This document shows positions 19,147 through 28,700 of a stretch of 64,000 nucleotides of DNA, one piece after another. Within the stretch, counting starts at the first letter, position 1; every line of letters begins with the position of its first letter. The notes beneath the pieces were generated by a model. It ran no database searches. It saw only the letters and a list, made by a program, of their open reading frames with translations, and was not told where the DNA came from. Position numbers and translations under genes: made by a program. This DNA is from Thermoprotei archaeon (GTDB lineage: Archaea; Thermoproteota; Thermoprotei; Thermoproteales; B15-G16), in the NCBI GenBank assembly GCA_003649205.1, contig QMRC01000003.1, forward strand, positions 192,001 to 256,000. Reading direction: 5' to 3'.

Positions 19147-19551
19147 GTGGAGGTAAATCCCATCATCAAAGCTAGAGTAGTCATTAAAGGAAGTAGAAGA
19201 GTTACTGAAGGTAATGTACTAGTTGATACAGGAGCTACATACAGCATAATTGATGAGGAGCTAGCTAATGAAATTGGTGTAAAGCTACTGGAGAGACCAG
19301 AGAGGATATTGTTGAGAGGTATTTGCTGTCAGATTGAAGGTAGGCTATGTGTAATCGATACGTTGATTATAGAGGACATCACTGTAGGACCTTCAGTGGC
19401 GGTCTTAACTAGGTTAAGTACTGAAGTCAAGGAGATACTGAAGAGTTACGAAGTCCTGAACACTTTCATACTTGGTCTCCGTGATATTGTTGGATTTACC
19501 ATTGATGTGAAGTCAGGTAGATTGAAATGGGTTGGATATCTAGCGCTGTGA
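19147..19551 (+). CDS. Clan AA (retropepsin-like) aspartyl protease
   Basis: VLVDTGATYSII and ILGLRD. Confidence 0.8.
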   Translation: MEVNPIIKARVVIKGSRRVTEGNVLVDTGATYSIIDEELANEIGVKLLERPERILLRGICCQIEGRLCVIDTLIIEDITVGPSVAVLTRLSTEVKEILKSYEVLNTFILGLRDIVGFTIDVKSGRLKWVGYLAL

Positions 19552-19597
19552 TACCACCTCTGAATTAGCTAGCATGGTTCATCTGTGGTGAAACGTA

Positions 19598-20953
19598 ATG
19601 AGATACTACGTGTTTGTGCTTGTACTCATCACGCTACTACCAATAATGAGTGTCTTACATCTACGCTTAGCTACCTTATCTTCCAGTGAAGGACAATGTG
19701 CTAGTGCAGAACAGGTCAAGTACCTTAAGGTATATGTTCTAAGCTGTAAAGACTTGGTGCCCTACTACATGTCACTACTTAATCAAGTCAAGAAGTTAGT
19801 ACCTACTGTTAAGGTGTGTGTACTCTACTACCTAGATCACAGGTATCTACAGTGGGCAAATCTGACGCTCATTGACTCTAATTGGTTGTTAAGGCAAGAT
19901 AACTACACAATCACGGATCTGAGCAAGGTAACTGCTAGCTACCTCATGAACTATGGAGTACTTGTAATCTACGGTAATACCACGCACATTGTAGCATCGA
20001 AGCTACTGAGTAATTTTGTTCTCAACAACTTAACAATAGCCATAACCGAGGACGTTGAATTGAGGAAAGGTGTTAAAGTACCTAGCTTTAGTCTTGGGAA
20101 TAATACCATAGCTCTTGGACTAGCTATACTGAGGATTGGTGAGCTAAGAGCTATACCAGGGTACTTCAGATATATCGCGAAGGGTGATTGGGCATATAGG
20201 GAGGATACCCTTAAGAGTGTTGCAGTGAAGTTAGTGAAGTACATTATTGAGGTATTGAAGACTAGGAAGTCCAATGCACTTAGGGTACACACCCATGCAT
20301 CTAGATTCAATCCAGCAACATGCTACATTCCTCAGGATGTCGTTGAGATTGTTGGATATGAATTCATGGGCTACGTCTACAACGTCCTAGGGATAACGTA
20401 TGAAGAGCAAGTAGTTGGCGAATATACTCATTACGATAAAGTTTACTGCTATGTGACGTATAGCGGACCAGATTTCGTAATTGTTTCTGTCCAATGGCTT
20501 GAAGGCGAGAGCGGTTGGTCCCCTTACGAATGGTACACATATTATAATTCACTATACGATATGTATGATGAGCAGTTGATAGTAACTTACAGACCACAGG
20601 GAACAAAATCTTGGATTCAATCCATTACATTCACAATAGGCTTCGGCCCACCATACGTAGCTGTATCGTTTAGTGTAGCTCCTGACTATCTATGGTACTC
20701 CGCCGATTCTGATATACCACGTTGGTGTGAAATCACGTATCAGCTATTAACTAATGCACCAAATGCAGAGAAAGAAACTGATTTCGCTATTGAGGGTTTT
20801 CTAGACATCTCACGAGGTAGTGAACCATATATCTGGTCAGTGAAGAAAGTAGCGACAGTGGTCCTAGAACTACCAATGTTCACGATTACAGCGAGCACGA
20901 GCGACAGTTACTATCTAGTTACATGGTCTGATAGAGAGCCTGGAAGATGGTGA
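19598..20953 (+). CDS. Secreted/surface hypothetical protein
   Basis: N-terminal signal peptide, N-x-T sequons and a Tyr/Trp-rich beta-type C-terminal half. Confidence 0.6.
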   Translation: MRYYVFVLVLITLLPIMSVLHLRLATLSSSEGQCASAEQVKYLKVYVLSCKDLVPYYMSLLNQVKKLVPTVKVCVLYYLDHRYLQWANLTLIDSNWLLRQDNYTITDLSKVTASYLMNYGVLVIYGNTTHIVASKLLSNFVLNNLTIAITEDVELRKGVKVPSFSLGNNTIALGLAILRIGELRAIPGYFRYIAKGDWAYREDTLKSVAVKLVKYIIEVLKTRKSNALRVHTHASRFNPATCYIPQDVVEIVGYEFMGYVYNVLGITYEEQVVGEYTHYDKVYCYVTYSGPDFVIVSVQWLEGESGWSPYEWYTYYNSLYDMYDEQLIVTYRPQGTKSWIQSITFTIGFGPPYVAVSFSVAPDYLWYSADSDIPRWCEITYQLLTNAPNAEKETDFAIEGFLDISRGSEPYIWSVKKVATVVLELPMFTITASTSDSYYLVTWSDREPGRW

Positions 20954-20987
20954 AGGGGATTAGGAGGCTTTGAGCTTCGGAGATTTC

Positions 20988-22394
20988 CTAAGTTTGAAAC
21001 GGTGTTTTTATCGATAATTCTCTCGGTTCTATAACTCTCCTAAGCCACGTCCCCCTCGATATCCACGCTAGAGATAGTAAGCCAGCAGCTACGTTACTCA
21101 CCGACATCGCCACCCAAATACCTGTCGACCCCATACCTAGGTACAGTGCAAGCAGTACCGATAAACCTATCCTAAATAGCCACAGCCTCACTACAGATAT
21201 CACAGTCATAGCCTCAGGGTGGCCAGAACCCTGGGCAACACCATTACACACGAAGAAGATACCAAAGAACGGAATACTCCAGACGAAGTAACTCAAGAAT
21301 ACGTCCCCCTCCTCAATGACAAGGGGATCAGGTACAAAGAATGATATTACAGCATCCCTAAACACATATATGGCGATAGCTCCCACCCCCAGGATTGAGG
21401 TTACGAGAGTTATTGACGTTCTTGAGATCCTCTTCGCTCGATCATAGAGTTCAGCACCAACACACTGACCCACCATAATCGAGGTAGCTCTCTGAATACC
21501 CATCGTAAACGCCTGTACGATATCTACAATCCTGATACCTATCCCATACGCAGCAACTGCTACGGAGCCAAATCGAGACACTATACTCATCATGACAGTG
21601 AAACCCAGCGCGTTCGAAGATGACTGGATGTATATGGGTACAGCTATGGAAACCACCTTCCTGAGCCACCACCTCTCAATCCTCATACACCTGAGACGCA
21701 ACTTAATCCCATGAACTCCCCTTACAAGCATGTAGAGACCTACAAACGAAACAATCCCCCTCGCCAACAGTGTTGCTAGCGCAGCCCCTACAACACCCAA
21801 TGCCGGTAACCCAAAGAGTCCAAAGATGAGTATTGGGTCCAATACGATATTTATCAAAGCCGAGATCAGAACTAACTTCATAGGAGTTCTAGTATCCCCT
21901 AAGGAGTTCAAAATCGCTGAAAACGCAAATCCTAGAAATGCTAGAGGGATACCCGCAAAGATAACCCTAGAGTACGCAACAGCCAACGGATAGATGTCCT
22001 TAGGAACACCCATTAACTTTAGAAGAATGTGAACAGTAGAGACACCTAGCATGCTAATGGATAGAGCTAGTACCGCGAGCAGAGCTACCAACTGACCAGA
22101 ACACCTACTACTCATCTCATAATCTCCAGCACCAAAGTACTGAGATATCAATGCTGTACCCGCCTGAGCAATACTCATACCTATAGCATTGAACAACATT
22201 ATCAAAGGCCAGCTAACTGTGGGTGCTCCGAAAGCATCCCTACCCAACCTACCAAGCCACAACGCATCAACGAGGTTGTAAGTCATCATAGCGAAAGTAC
22301 CTACAATAACTGGCCACGACAACCATAAGAGCGTCCGAACTATCGACCCATTCAGTATCCTCTCTCTATACGTGATGATGGTACTACTAGCCAT
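20988..22394 (-). CDS. MATE family efflux transporter
   Basis: YNLVDALWLGRLG, GDTRTPM, NIVLDPILIFG and GVVGAALAT; about 12 TMs. Confidence 0.92.
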   Translation of the reverse strand: MASSTIITYRERILNGSIVRTLLWLSWPVIVGTFAMMTYNLVDALWLGRLGRDAFGAPTVSWPLIMLFNAIGMSIAQAGTALISQYFGAGDYEMSSRCSGQLVALLAVLALSISMLGVSTVHILLKLMGVPKDIYPLAVAYSRVIFAGIPLAFLGFAFSAILNSLGDTRTPMKLVLISALINIVLDPILIFGLFGLPALGVVGAALATLLARGIVSFVGLYMLVRGVHGIKLRLRCMRIERWWLRKVVSIAVPIYIQSSSNALGFTVMMSIVSRFGSVAVAAYGIGIRIVDIVQAFTMGIQRATSIMVGQCVGAELYDRAKRISRTSITLVTSILGVGAIAIYVFRDAVISFFVPDPLVIEEGDVFLSYFVWSIPFFGIFFVCNGVAQGSGHPEAMTVISVVRLWLFRIGLSVLLALYLGMGSTGIWVAMSVSNVAAGLLSLAWISRGTWLRRVIEPRELSIKTPFQT

Positions 22395-22499
22395 CCTCTT
22401 CACCTGAACGCTCTCTAGAAGAACCAACTGAGTACAAAAACCTCAGCGCGAGTAAACATTGGAAGTTGAAAACAGTTATTTGAATTTTATTTGAATTTC

Positions 22500-23150
22500 G
22501 AGTATAGCGCTTATCCCAGTACAGGTATACCATCATTGGTATTGTTGAGGAAGAACCCAGACTTCAACCTATGAAACTTGCTCCACACGCACTTACGACC
22601 CCCCTGTACAGCCACACTCGCTAATGTACGTATGGTTATAGTATCTAAAGCATAGAGCGCACCTACAAAAGCACCAGTTAACTATTTACTCTCAAGTCTT
22701 AACAGTCGCTCCAAGGACGTCGTACTGTATAACCATCAATACACCTATCCACACACTCAAGAAGAGTGTTACTAACCTGTCCATGACTACGGCTAGAGCA
22801 AAAACCAACAATGGAGATAACAGAGAAAACGTTGAGAGGTAAGTTACGACTATAGCTACCACAATTACACCTATCTCTAGAGAAACCCCACCTTACGTAT
22901 TTCCGGAGTTTACACACTATTAGTGAATGTGAGAAATACTCTACCTCCCAACTCCAATAACCTCGAAAATCCTCCAACATCCACCTCGTGTAATCTCATG
23001 AACTCAAACCCAACAACTTACTCAACCGCTATAGGAATTACTATCACAAACCCATTCCAGCCCATGCCGAAGCGCCATAGAGATCTCGATCAGAAATGAC
23101 TTAGTCCTCCTAACTATAGCTCCCACCTTCAGCCCTGAAACTAATTAGGA
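22500..23150 (-). pseudogene. Possible decayed membrane-protein remnant 3' of the tRNA
   Basis: No long ORF; hydrophobic fragments in different frames (FGMGWNGFVIVIPIAVE, NVFSVISIVG, VAVQGVVSACGASFIG). Confidence 0.25.
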
Positions 23151-23204
23151 CCTAAACTCGAGAGGAACTAAATAGGTATGTAGTGGGTAGTGGGGATGAG
23201 GTTT

Positions 23205-23282
23205 TGGTGCCCCGGCCGGGATTTGAACCCGGGTCACGGGCTTGAAAGGCCCGCATACTTGACCGGGCTATACGACCGGGGC
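23205..23282 (-). tRNA. tRNA-Glu (anticodon UUC), intronless, CCA encoded
   Basis: Reverse complement GCCCCGGTCGTATAGCCCGGTCAAGTATGCGGGCCTTTCAAGCCCGTGACCCGGGTTCAAATCCCGGCCGGGGCACCA folds as a cloverleaf; TTTAAAA box about 30 nt upstream. Confidence 0.97.
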
Positions 23283-23330
23283 ATCTAGTTGTGTTGTCTT
23301 TAATTGGGTTTTAAAGGTTGCTTTGTGTTG

Positions 23331-23380
23331 TCAGTTGGGCAAGTGCTTCTTCATCTCTCTGCTGCTCAGGTGCTCATCAC
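23331..23380 (-). ncRNA. Box C/D guide sRNA
   Basis: Minus strand GTGATGA GCACCTGAGCAG CAGA GAG ATGAAGA AGCACTTGCCCAA CTGA. Confidence 0.75.
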
Positions 23381-23429
23381 CTACGCTATTTCTCAGTTAC
23401 TCGTTATTTTAGTCTTAGCCGCTTCCTAT

Positions 23430-23759
23430 CTACCAGTTGCTTCTCCATGGTAGGTACATTGATTCACGTAGGTAGTACCTATTTGTGAGGTACGTATTCT
23501 CTCTCCTCCTACGTACTTCCTCTACGTACTCTCTCGTGAATTCATGTAGTAACTTGATTAGTACGTCTCTCCTCCTCTCACGGTCTTCTCTTAGTCTTTG
23601 TTCGAGTTCTCTACAGTTTAGTCCTCCTGCTGGTGCATATACTTGGTTAAATCTGTAGAGGAGGTAGTTTAGGTAGTTTGGTGTATCTGGTTCTACTCCG
23701 TAGGTTCTCGATACCATTGCTATTAGATCTGCTATCACCATGAGTGCTTCTAGACTCAT
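23430..23759 (-). CDS. Hypothetical protein
   Basis: 109-aa ORF with GGTGA RBS; charged helical C-terminus. Confidence 0.6.
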   Translation of the reverse strand: MSLEALMVIADLIAMVSRTYGVEPDTPNYLNYLLYRFNQVYAPAGGLNCRELEQRLREDRERRRDVLIKLLHEFTREYVEEVRRRRENTYLTNRYYLRESMYLPWRSNW

Positions 23760-23848
23760 GTCTGTTCACCGCTCTCTAATTTTCTTGAGTAAGGTATTTC
23801 TCTTTCTTCATTGTCTTCTCTTGTCGAGTTGCTGTGTGGTGTCTCTGT

Positions 23849-25084
23849 ATGTCTGGTTGGAGGGTTGAGTTGAGAAGGAGAGCTGAGAATGCGTTGAGTA
23901 AGGTACCTCCCTATGGTGTTGATGTTGATTTTAGTGAGTTCATTACTTCTGTTCCTGCTACTGTTGAGGAGAGGAGGATTGAGGAGCTTCCTAGTGGTGT
24001 TGTTGAGAGGGCTAGGGAGTTGGGTGTTGATGTTAGTGAGGAGAGGGTTGGTGGTACGTACTTTCAGCTTGATTACAGCGTTGTGAGGACTTATGTTGTT
24101 GAGAAGTTGAGGAGGTATGGTGTTGTCGTTACGAGTATTGAGGATGCTTTGAAGAAGTTTGATTGGGTTCGTGATTACTATTGGCGTGCTGTACCTGTTG
24201 ATCTCGATAAGTACACTGCTGCTACTGAGCTATATGGTAAGCATGGTTACTTCATCTATGTACCACCTGGTGTTAAGGTTAAGGAGCCTATTCAGGCTTG
24301 TCTCTTCATTCATAGGGAGTCTGTTGCTCAGTTGGTGCATAACGTAATTATCGTTGATGAAGGTGCTGAGCTGAATCTCGTGACAGCATGTGCGTCTTTA
24401 CCTACAAAGGCGCTTCACATAGGTGTCTCTGAGTTCTACGTGAGGAAGAATGCTAAGTTGACATTTACTATGGTTCACTTCTGGGGTCATGAAACTCATG
24501 TTAGGCCTAGGGAAGCAGCTATTGTTGAGGATGGTGGTTTCTTCGTTAGCTACTATGTGACTATGGCTCCTGTCAAATCTCTTCAGATGTACCCAACCGT
24601 TTACTTAGTTGGTAGGGATGCTCAGGCATACCTCACAACTATACTCCTAGCTGGTAGGACTTCGCAATTGGATGTTGGTGGTTGTATTGTGTTTAGTGGT
24701 GATGATACGAGAGGTGAGGTGGTTTCTAGGTCCGTTATTAGGGATGAGGCGTATGTAGTCATGAGAGGTGAGCTTGTTGGTGAGAGGAGGTGTAAGGGTC
24801 ATCTTGACTGTAAGGGTCTCATACTGTCTACAAGGGCTAGAGGTGAGGCAATACCTATGTTGAGGACCTGTACTGAGCTTGCTGAGCTTACTCATGAGGC
24901 TGCTCTCGGTAGAATCTCTAGAGATGAGTTAGAGTACTTGATGTCTAAGGGATTCACTGAGGAGGAAGCTACATCAATGCTTGTTAGAGGATTCCTCGAG
25001 GTAGGTCTCGATAAGATACCATCCCCTGTTAGAGAGTACGTAGCTAATGTACTTGAGGTAATAGCGAAGTATGCGAAAGGCTAA
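23849..25084 (+). CDS. SufB/SufD-family Fe-S cluster scaffold (archaeal SufBD/SmsB type)
   Basis: GYFIYVPPG, PIQACL, HIGVSEFYV, GHLDCKGLIL, LTHEAALGRI and LVRGFL. Confidence 0.92.
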   Translation: MSGWRVELRRRAENALSKVPPYGVDVDFSEFITSVPATVEERRIEELPSGVVERARELGVDVSEERVGGTYFQLDYSVVRTYVVEKLRRYGVVVTSIEDALKKFDWVRDYYWRAVPVDLDKYTAATELYGKHGYFIYVPPGVKVKEPIQACLFIHRESVAQLVHNVIIVDEGAELNLVTACASLPTKALHIGVSEFYVRKNAKLTFTMVHFWGHETHVRPREAAIVEDGGFFVSYYVTMAPVKSLQMYPTVYLVGRDAQAYLTTILLAGRTSQLDVGGCIVFSGDDTRGEVVSRSVIRDEAYVVMRGELVGERRCKGHLDCKGLILSTRARGEAIPMLRTCTELAELTHEAALGRISRDELEYLMSKGFTEEEATSMLVRGFLEVGLDKIPSPVREYVANVLEVIAKYAKG

Positions 25085-25098
25085 GCGAGCTAGCGAGT

Positions 25099-25148
25099 TC
25101 AGCTGAGCAACTCCTCCTCATCAATCAGCTAATCCGGGCACTCATCAC
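25099..25148 (-). ncRNA. Box C/D guide sRNA overlapping the HAD gene stop codon
   Basis: Minus strand GTGATGA GTGCCCGGATTAG CTGA TTGATGA GGAGGAGTTGCTCAG CTGA. Confidence 0.9.
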
Positions 25149-25789
25149 CTAGATCTCGCTAGTTCATCAACTAAGTTGAGTAATTCACGTAAATCTCTAA
25201 TCACATAGTCTGCACCTAGATCATCAGTGACATGTGGTCTCTTCACGATTACAATCTTTACATTTGCTGATCTAGCGCAAACTACATCTATTACCGTATC
25301 ACCAACGTAGATCGATTCCTCTGGTTCAACACCTAGTCTCCTCAATGCCTCAACTATTATGTCAGGGTATGGTTTGGGTCTTTGGACTTCGTCCTGAGCT
25401 ACTACGGCGTCGAAGTACTGAGCAATACCGAAGTAATTCAGCATGAACTCTAGCCTACTCCTGATGTTACCTGAGGCTACTCCAAGCTTAAATCCTCTAC
25501 GACGTAGCTCTGACAATACCTCAATGACGTCTGGATAGAGCTTAACGTACCTACTCCACAGCATCCCCATGTACTGTCTACGAAGTTCAACAAATCTATC
25601 TAGTAAGTTGCTGGGAACACCTACCAATCTAGCAATTTCCCTACTAGGTAAACCTAAAAGTCTCTTCACAGCATCTAGATCAATACCTACTCCAAGTTCT
25701 TTAGCAGCTAACCTAAAGCTCTCTACAACAGCATCCACACTATCAACTAACGTACCATCAACATCGAATACTATGGCCTTTAGCACCAC
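25145..25789 (-). CDS. HAD-family phosphatase (phosphoglycolate phosphatase-like)
   Basis: FDVDGTLVDS, KPYPD and YVGDT.D. Confidence 0.9.
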   Translation of the reverse strand: MVLKAIVFDVDGTLVDSVDAVVESFRLAAKELGVGIDLDAVKRLLGLPSREIARLVGVPSNLLDRFVELRRQYMGMLWSRYVKLYPDVIEVLSELRRRGFKLGVASGNIRSRLEFMLNYFGIAQYFDAVVAQDEVQRPKPYPDIIVEALRRLGVEPEESIYVGDTVIDVVCARSANVKIVIVKRPHVTDDLGADYVIRDLRELLNLVDELARSR

Positions 25790-25803
25790 ATCACTAACCT
25801 CTA

Positions 25804-26028
25804 CTACTGAGGATTGACGTAGAGTCCACTCCTCTCAATACCTAGCCTCTTCTTAATCTCTTCAAACCACCTCTTCTCCAAAACCTTAACCTTAGTTGAC
25901 CCACAGTAAGGACACTTAACTAAGCTCTCACCCTTTAGAGCCTTAATGATTTCATTCTCGTCAATACTGAAGAAGCCACCTCTACCATCTCTACTACAAG
26001 TAACGCAGAGACAACGTACTCTACCCAT
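25804..26028 (-). CDS. Small zinc-ribbon protein
   Basis: CVTC...CPYCGS; GGTGA RBS. Confidence 0.65.
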   Translation of the reverse strand: MGRVRCLCVTCSRDGRGGFFSIDENEIIKALKGESLVKCPYCGSTKVKVLEKRWFEEIKKRLGIERSGLYVNPQ

Positions 26029-26083
26029 GTAATCACCTTACCACAGCATAGATAAAGACGCTGTAATTAACTTTTACCTCTAG

Positions 26084-26638
26084 GTGATGGAGGTAGTGAC
26101 TAAGGATCGATGTAGGGAGGTGTACACTATTGGGCACTCAAATCGTAGTCTAGAGTCGTTCATTAGTACTCTGATCTTCTACAGAATTGAGTACCTAGTT
26201 GATGTCCGCAGATTTCCTACATCACGTAAGTACCCACATTTCAGCAAGGAGGTTCTCGAGATAGAGCTTAGGAGGAGGGGTATTGAGTACCTGTGGTTAG
26301 GTGAAGGTCTTGGTGGTTACAGGAAGCTACCTCGGGGTACTGAGCTTCATGTTAGAGATGAGTTGAGTAGAGGCTTCTTAGCCTATGTCTATCACATGAG
26401 AACAGAGGTCTTTCGAGTTTACTTCCAGAAGTTACTTGAAGTTATTGGTAGTTATCGTACTGCTATCATGTGCTCTGAGAAGATACCCTATAGGTGTCAC
26501 AGGAAGTTACTCTCAGATTTACTTACGTTACTAGGTTACAGAGTCGTACACATAATCGATAGGGGGACCACCATGGACCATAGATTAACGAGGTACTCTA
26601 GATTAATTCGTGATTTTGTTCACGAGTTCTCTACATAG
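26084..26638 (+). CDS. DUF488 family protein
   Basis: YTIGHSNR, LVDVRRFPTS, LGGYR and MCSE....CHR. Confidence 0.88.
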   Translation: MMEVVTKDRCREVYTIGHSNRSLESFISTLIFYRIEYLVDVRRFPTSRKYPHFSKEVLEIELRRRGIEYLWLGEGLGGYRKLPRGTELHVRDELSRGFLAYVYHMRTEVFRVYFQKLLEVIGSYRTAIMCSEKIPYRCHRKLLSDLLTLLGYRVVHIIDRGTTMDHRLTRYSRLIRDFVHEFST

Positions 26639-26723
26639 CTATGGTCAGTACCTAGGGGATTGCCTTTGCACTTATGGTTAGGGGAATCGTTATAATGTCT
26701 CTACCCTACTACCTCTAGGTTGG

Positions 26724-27158
26724 GTGCTAGTTATGTGCTCTAGTACTGAGCTGAAGCCTGGTCTCAAGAATGTGATAACTAAGGTTGTTGGTCCTGATCA
26801 CATTGCTGAGTTTCTTGGTAGTGGTGGTGTACCAGTTCTAGCTACTCCCATGATGATTGCGTGGATGGAGGAGTGTGCTAAGCTACTTGTCGACAATTAT
26901 CTCTCACCTGGCCAAGTAACTGTTGGTACTCGTGTTGATGTAGTTCACAAGGCACCGGCGAAAGTAGGTACCAAGGTCACTGTTGAGGCTGAGTTAGTTG
27001 AGGTTAGTGGTAGGAGGTTGCTTTTTAAGGTGAGAGCTTACTCAGGTGATGTAGTTATTGGCGAGGGTACTCACGAGAGATACATAGTTGACCTAGAGAA
27101 GTTTAAAGCGCGTACTGAGGAGCTATCTAAGAGAATGGAGTTTGAGACACCTAGGTGA
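26724..27158 (+). CDS. FlK-like hotdog-fold thioesterase
   Basis: GSG.VPVLATPMMIAWME, TVGT.V...H.AP and GEGTHER. Confidence 0.88.
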   Translation: MLVMCSSTELKPGLKNVITKVVGPDHIAEFLGSGGVPVLATPMMIAWMEECAKLLVDNYLSPGQVTVGTRVDVVHKAPAKVGTKVTVEAELVEVSGRRLLFKVRAYSGDVVIGEGTHERYIVDLEKFKARTEELSKRMEFETPR

Positions 27159-27161
27159 TGG

Positions 27162-27731
27162 GTGGTGGTCATGACCGTAATTGAGGGTATTGATGCTGAA
27201 TACGATGCGATCCTGATCACGGCTAAGCTCATGTGCGCAGCAGCTAGGACAGCACCTAAGACACGTGGAATAGATGACATAGTCACCAAGGTCATTACAG
27301 GTGAGGAGATTGAGAGATTAGCGAATTTCATGGAGAAGCTTGGTAAGGAAGTACCGGAGTGGAGTTTCTTCATTAGAGATGCTAGGAGTATCAGAGAGGC
27401 AAAGGCTATTGTCTTAGTTGGCTTGAAGAGTCCTAGAGTTGTTGAGGTCAATTGTGGTGCATGTGGTTTGACATGTAGGGAACTTAGGGAGAGGTCCTGT
27501 AGTGTTGAGGGACCTGCATACAGAGGTCCTATCTGTGCTCTTCAGCTACTGAACCTAGGTATTGCCATTGGGTCTATGGTGAAGGTAGCTTCCGAGATGA
27601 ACATCGATAATAGAATCATGTTCTCAGTAGGCGTAGCAGCTAGGAAGTTAGGGCTGATAGATGCTGATATTGTTGTTGGTATTCCACTAACCTGTAAAGG
27701 TAAGAACCCATTCTTTGATAGGAAGTACTAG
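27162..27731 (+). CDS. DUF2148 ferredoxin-domain protein
   Basis: AARTAPKTRGID, NCGACG..C, LGIAIGS, DNRIM and KNPFFDR. Confidence 0.85.
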   Translation: MVVMTVIEGIDAEYDAILITAKLMCAAARTAPKTRGIDDIVTKVITGEEIERLANFMEKLGKEVPEWSFFIRDARSIREAKAIVLVGLKSPRVVEVNCGACGLTCRELRERSCSVEGPAYRGPICALQLLNLGIAIGSMVKVASEMNIDNRIMFSVGVAARKLGLIDADIVVGIPLTCKGKNPFFDRKY

Positions 27732-28546
27732 CTAATGTACTTCATGACAGGTACCTCAACCCAAGTACCATGGTATACAGAACCTAGTAAACCCTCTGGC
27801 TCAAGCGGTACCTCACAGTACGGTACATCGTCAGCTCTCGCAGCTAACTCTGTTGCCGAGCAAACTACATCAACTATTCTCCTCCTATCAACACCACGAT
27901 GCACCACATACTCAACGTAGGAGACCCAACCATAAGAAATCACGTGAACTAGACACGTAGACTCCTTATCAACATACACACGACCAGGTGCTGTACTCAA
28001 GTACTTGAGGTACTTCCCCAAGTCAGGATACCACCAGAATAGCTTCCTCCAACCACCTACACTCAATACATCACCTAGATCTCGACCAGTAACCTCACAC
28101 ACCTCTTTTAAAGGACTTAACTCACCAGCAACCCACCAAGTATATGTGACGGAACCCAACCTATGATCAATGTGGTAGCCACGACTAAGAAACCAACTAA
28201 GAGCAGACCCCCTCCTCTTAGCAACATAAGCAACGACCTTACTAACGCCTAGACCCCTAAGCACTTTCTCAACCTCATGAAGTAGAGCAGAACCAATACC
28301 CCGTCCCCTAAAGTCTTCACGAACACCAATCCTATAGATAACACCACAATCGCCAATAGCATCGAAGTGAGCAAAACCAACAACCTCACCATCAACCTCA
28401 CACACCAAGAACCTACCTATACCGTGAAGTATTAACCACCTAAAGAACTCAGGAGGAACCTCCTCCAGATACGGAAACCCCTCATTATTGATACTAGCTA
28501 TGTCAGACACATCACCAACAGAAGCCTCACGAATGAGAAAGTGCAT
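27728..28546 (-). CDS. GNAT acetyltransferase
   Basis: IGVREDFRGRGIGSALL motif A. Confidence 0.85.
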   Translation of the reverse strand: MHFLIREASVGDVSDIASINNEGFPYLEEVPPEFFRWLILHGIGRFLVCEVDGEVVGFAHFDAIGDCGVIYRIGVREDFRGRGIGSALLHEVEKVLRGLGVSKVVAYVAKRRGSALSWFLSRGYHIDHRLGSVTYTWWVAGELSPLKEVCEVTGRDLGDVLSVGGWRKLFWWYPDLGKYLKYLSTAPGRVYVDKESTCLVHVISYGWVSYVEYVVHRGVDRRRIVDVVCSATELAARADDVPYCEVPLEPEGLLGSVYHGTWVEVPVMKYIS

Positions 28547-28563
28547 GATAAATCACCACTGAA

Positions 28564-28612
28564 TCAGCTAGGCTACATCTCCTCACACATCAGAACCCCA
28601 ATCCCTCATCAC
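28564..28612 (-). ncRNA. Box C/D guide sRNA
   Basis: Minus strand GTGATGA GGGATTGGGGTT CTGA TGTGTGA GGAGATGTAGCCTAG CTGA. Confidence 0.8.
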
Positions 28613-28700
28613 ACAAACACCCACAACCAACGGGCCTTAATAAGCTAACTCACAAACACAAGAAATTTCAATAACAGAACGAGAAACCTCATGAGAAAGC

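Noticed and set aside
22699-22980. 93-aa Cys-rich ORF
   Set aside because: Composition is not protein-like; more probably an off-frame piece of a decayed gene
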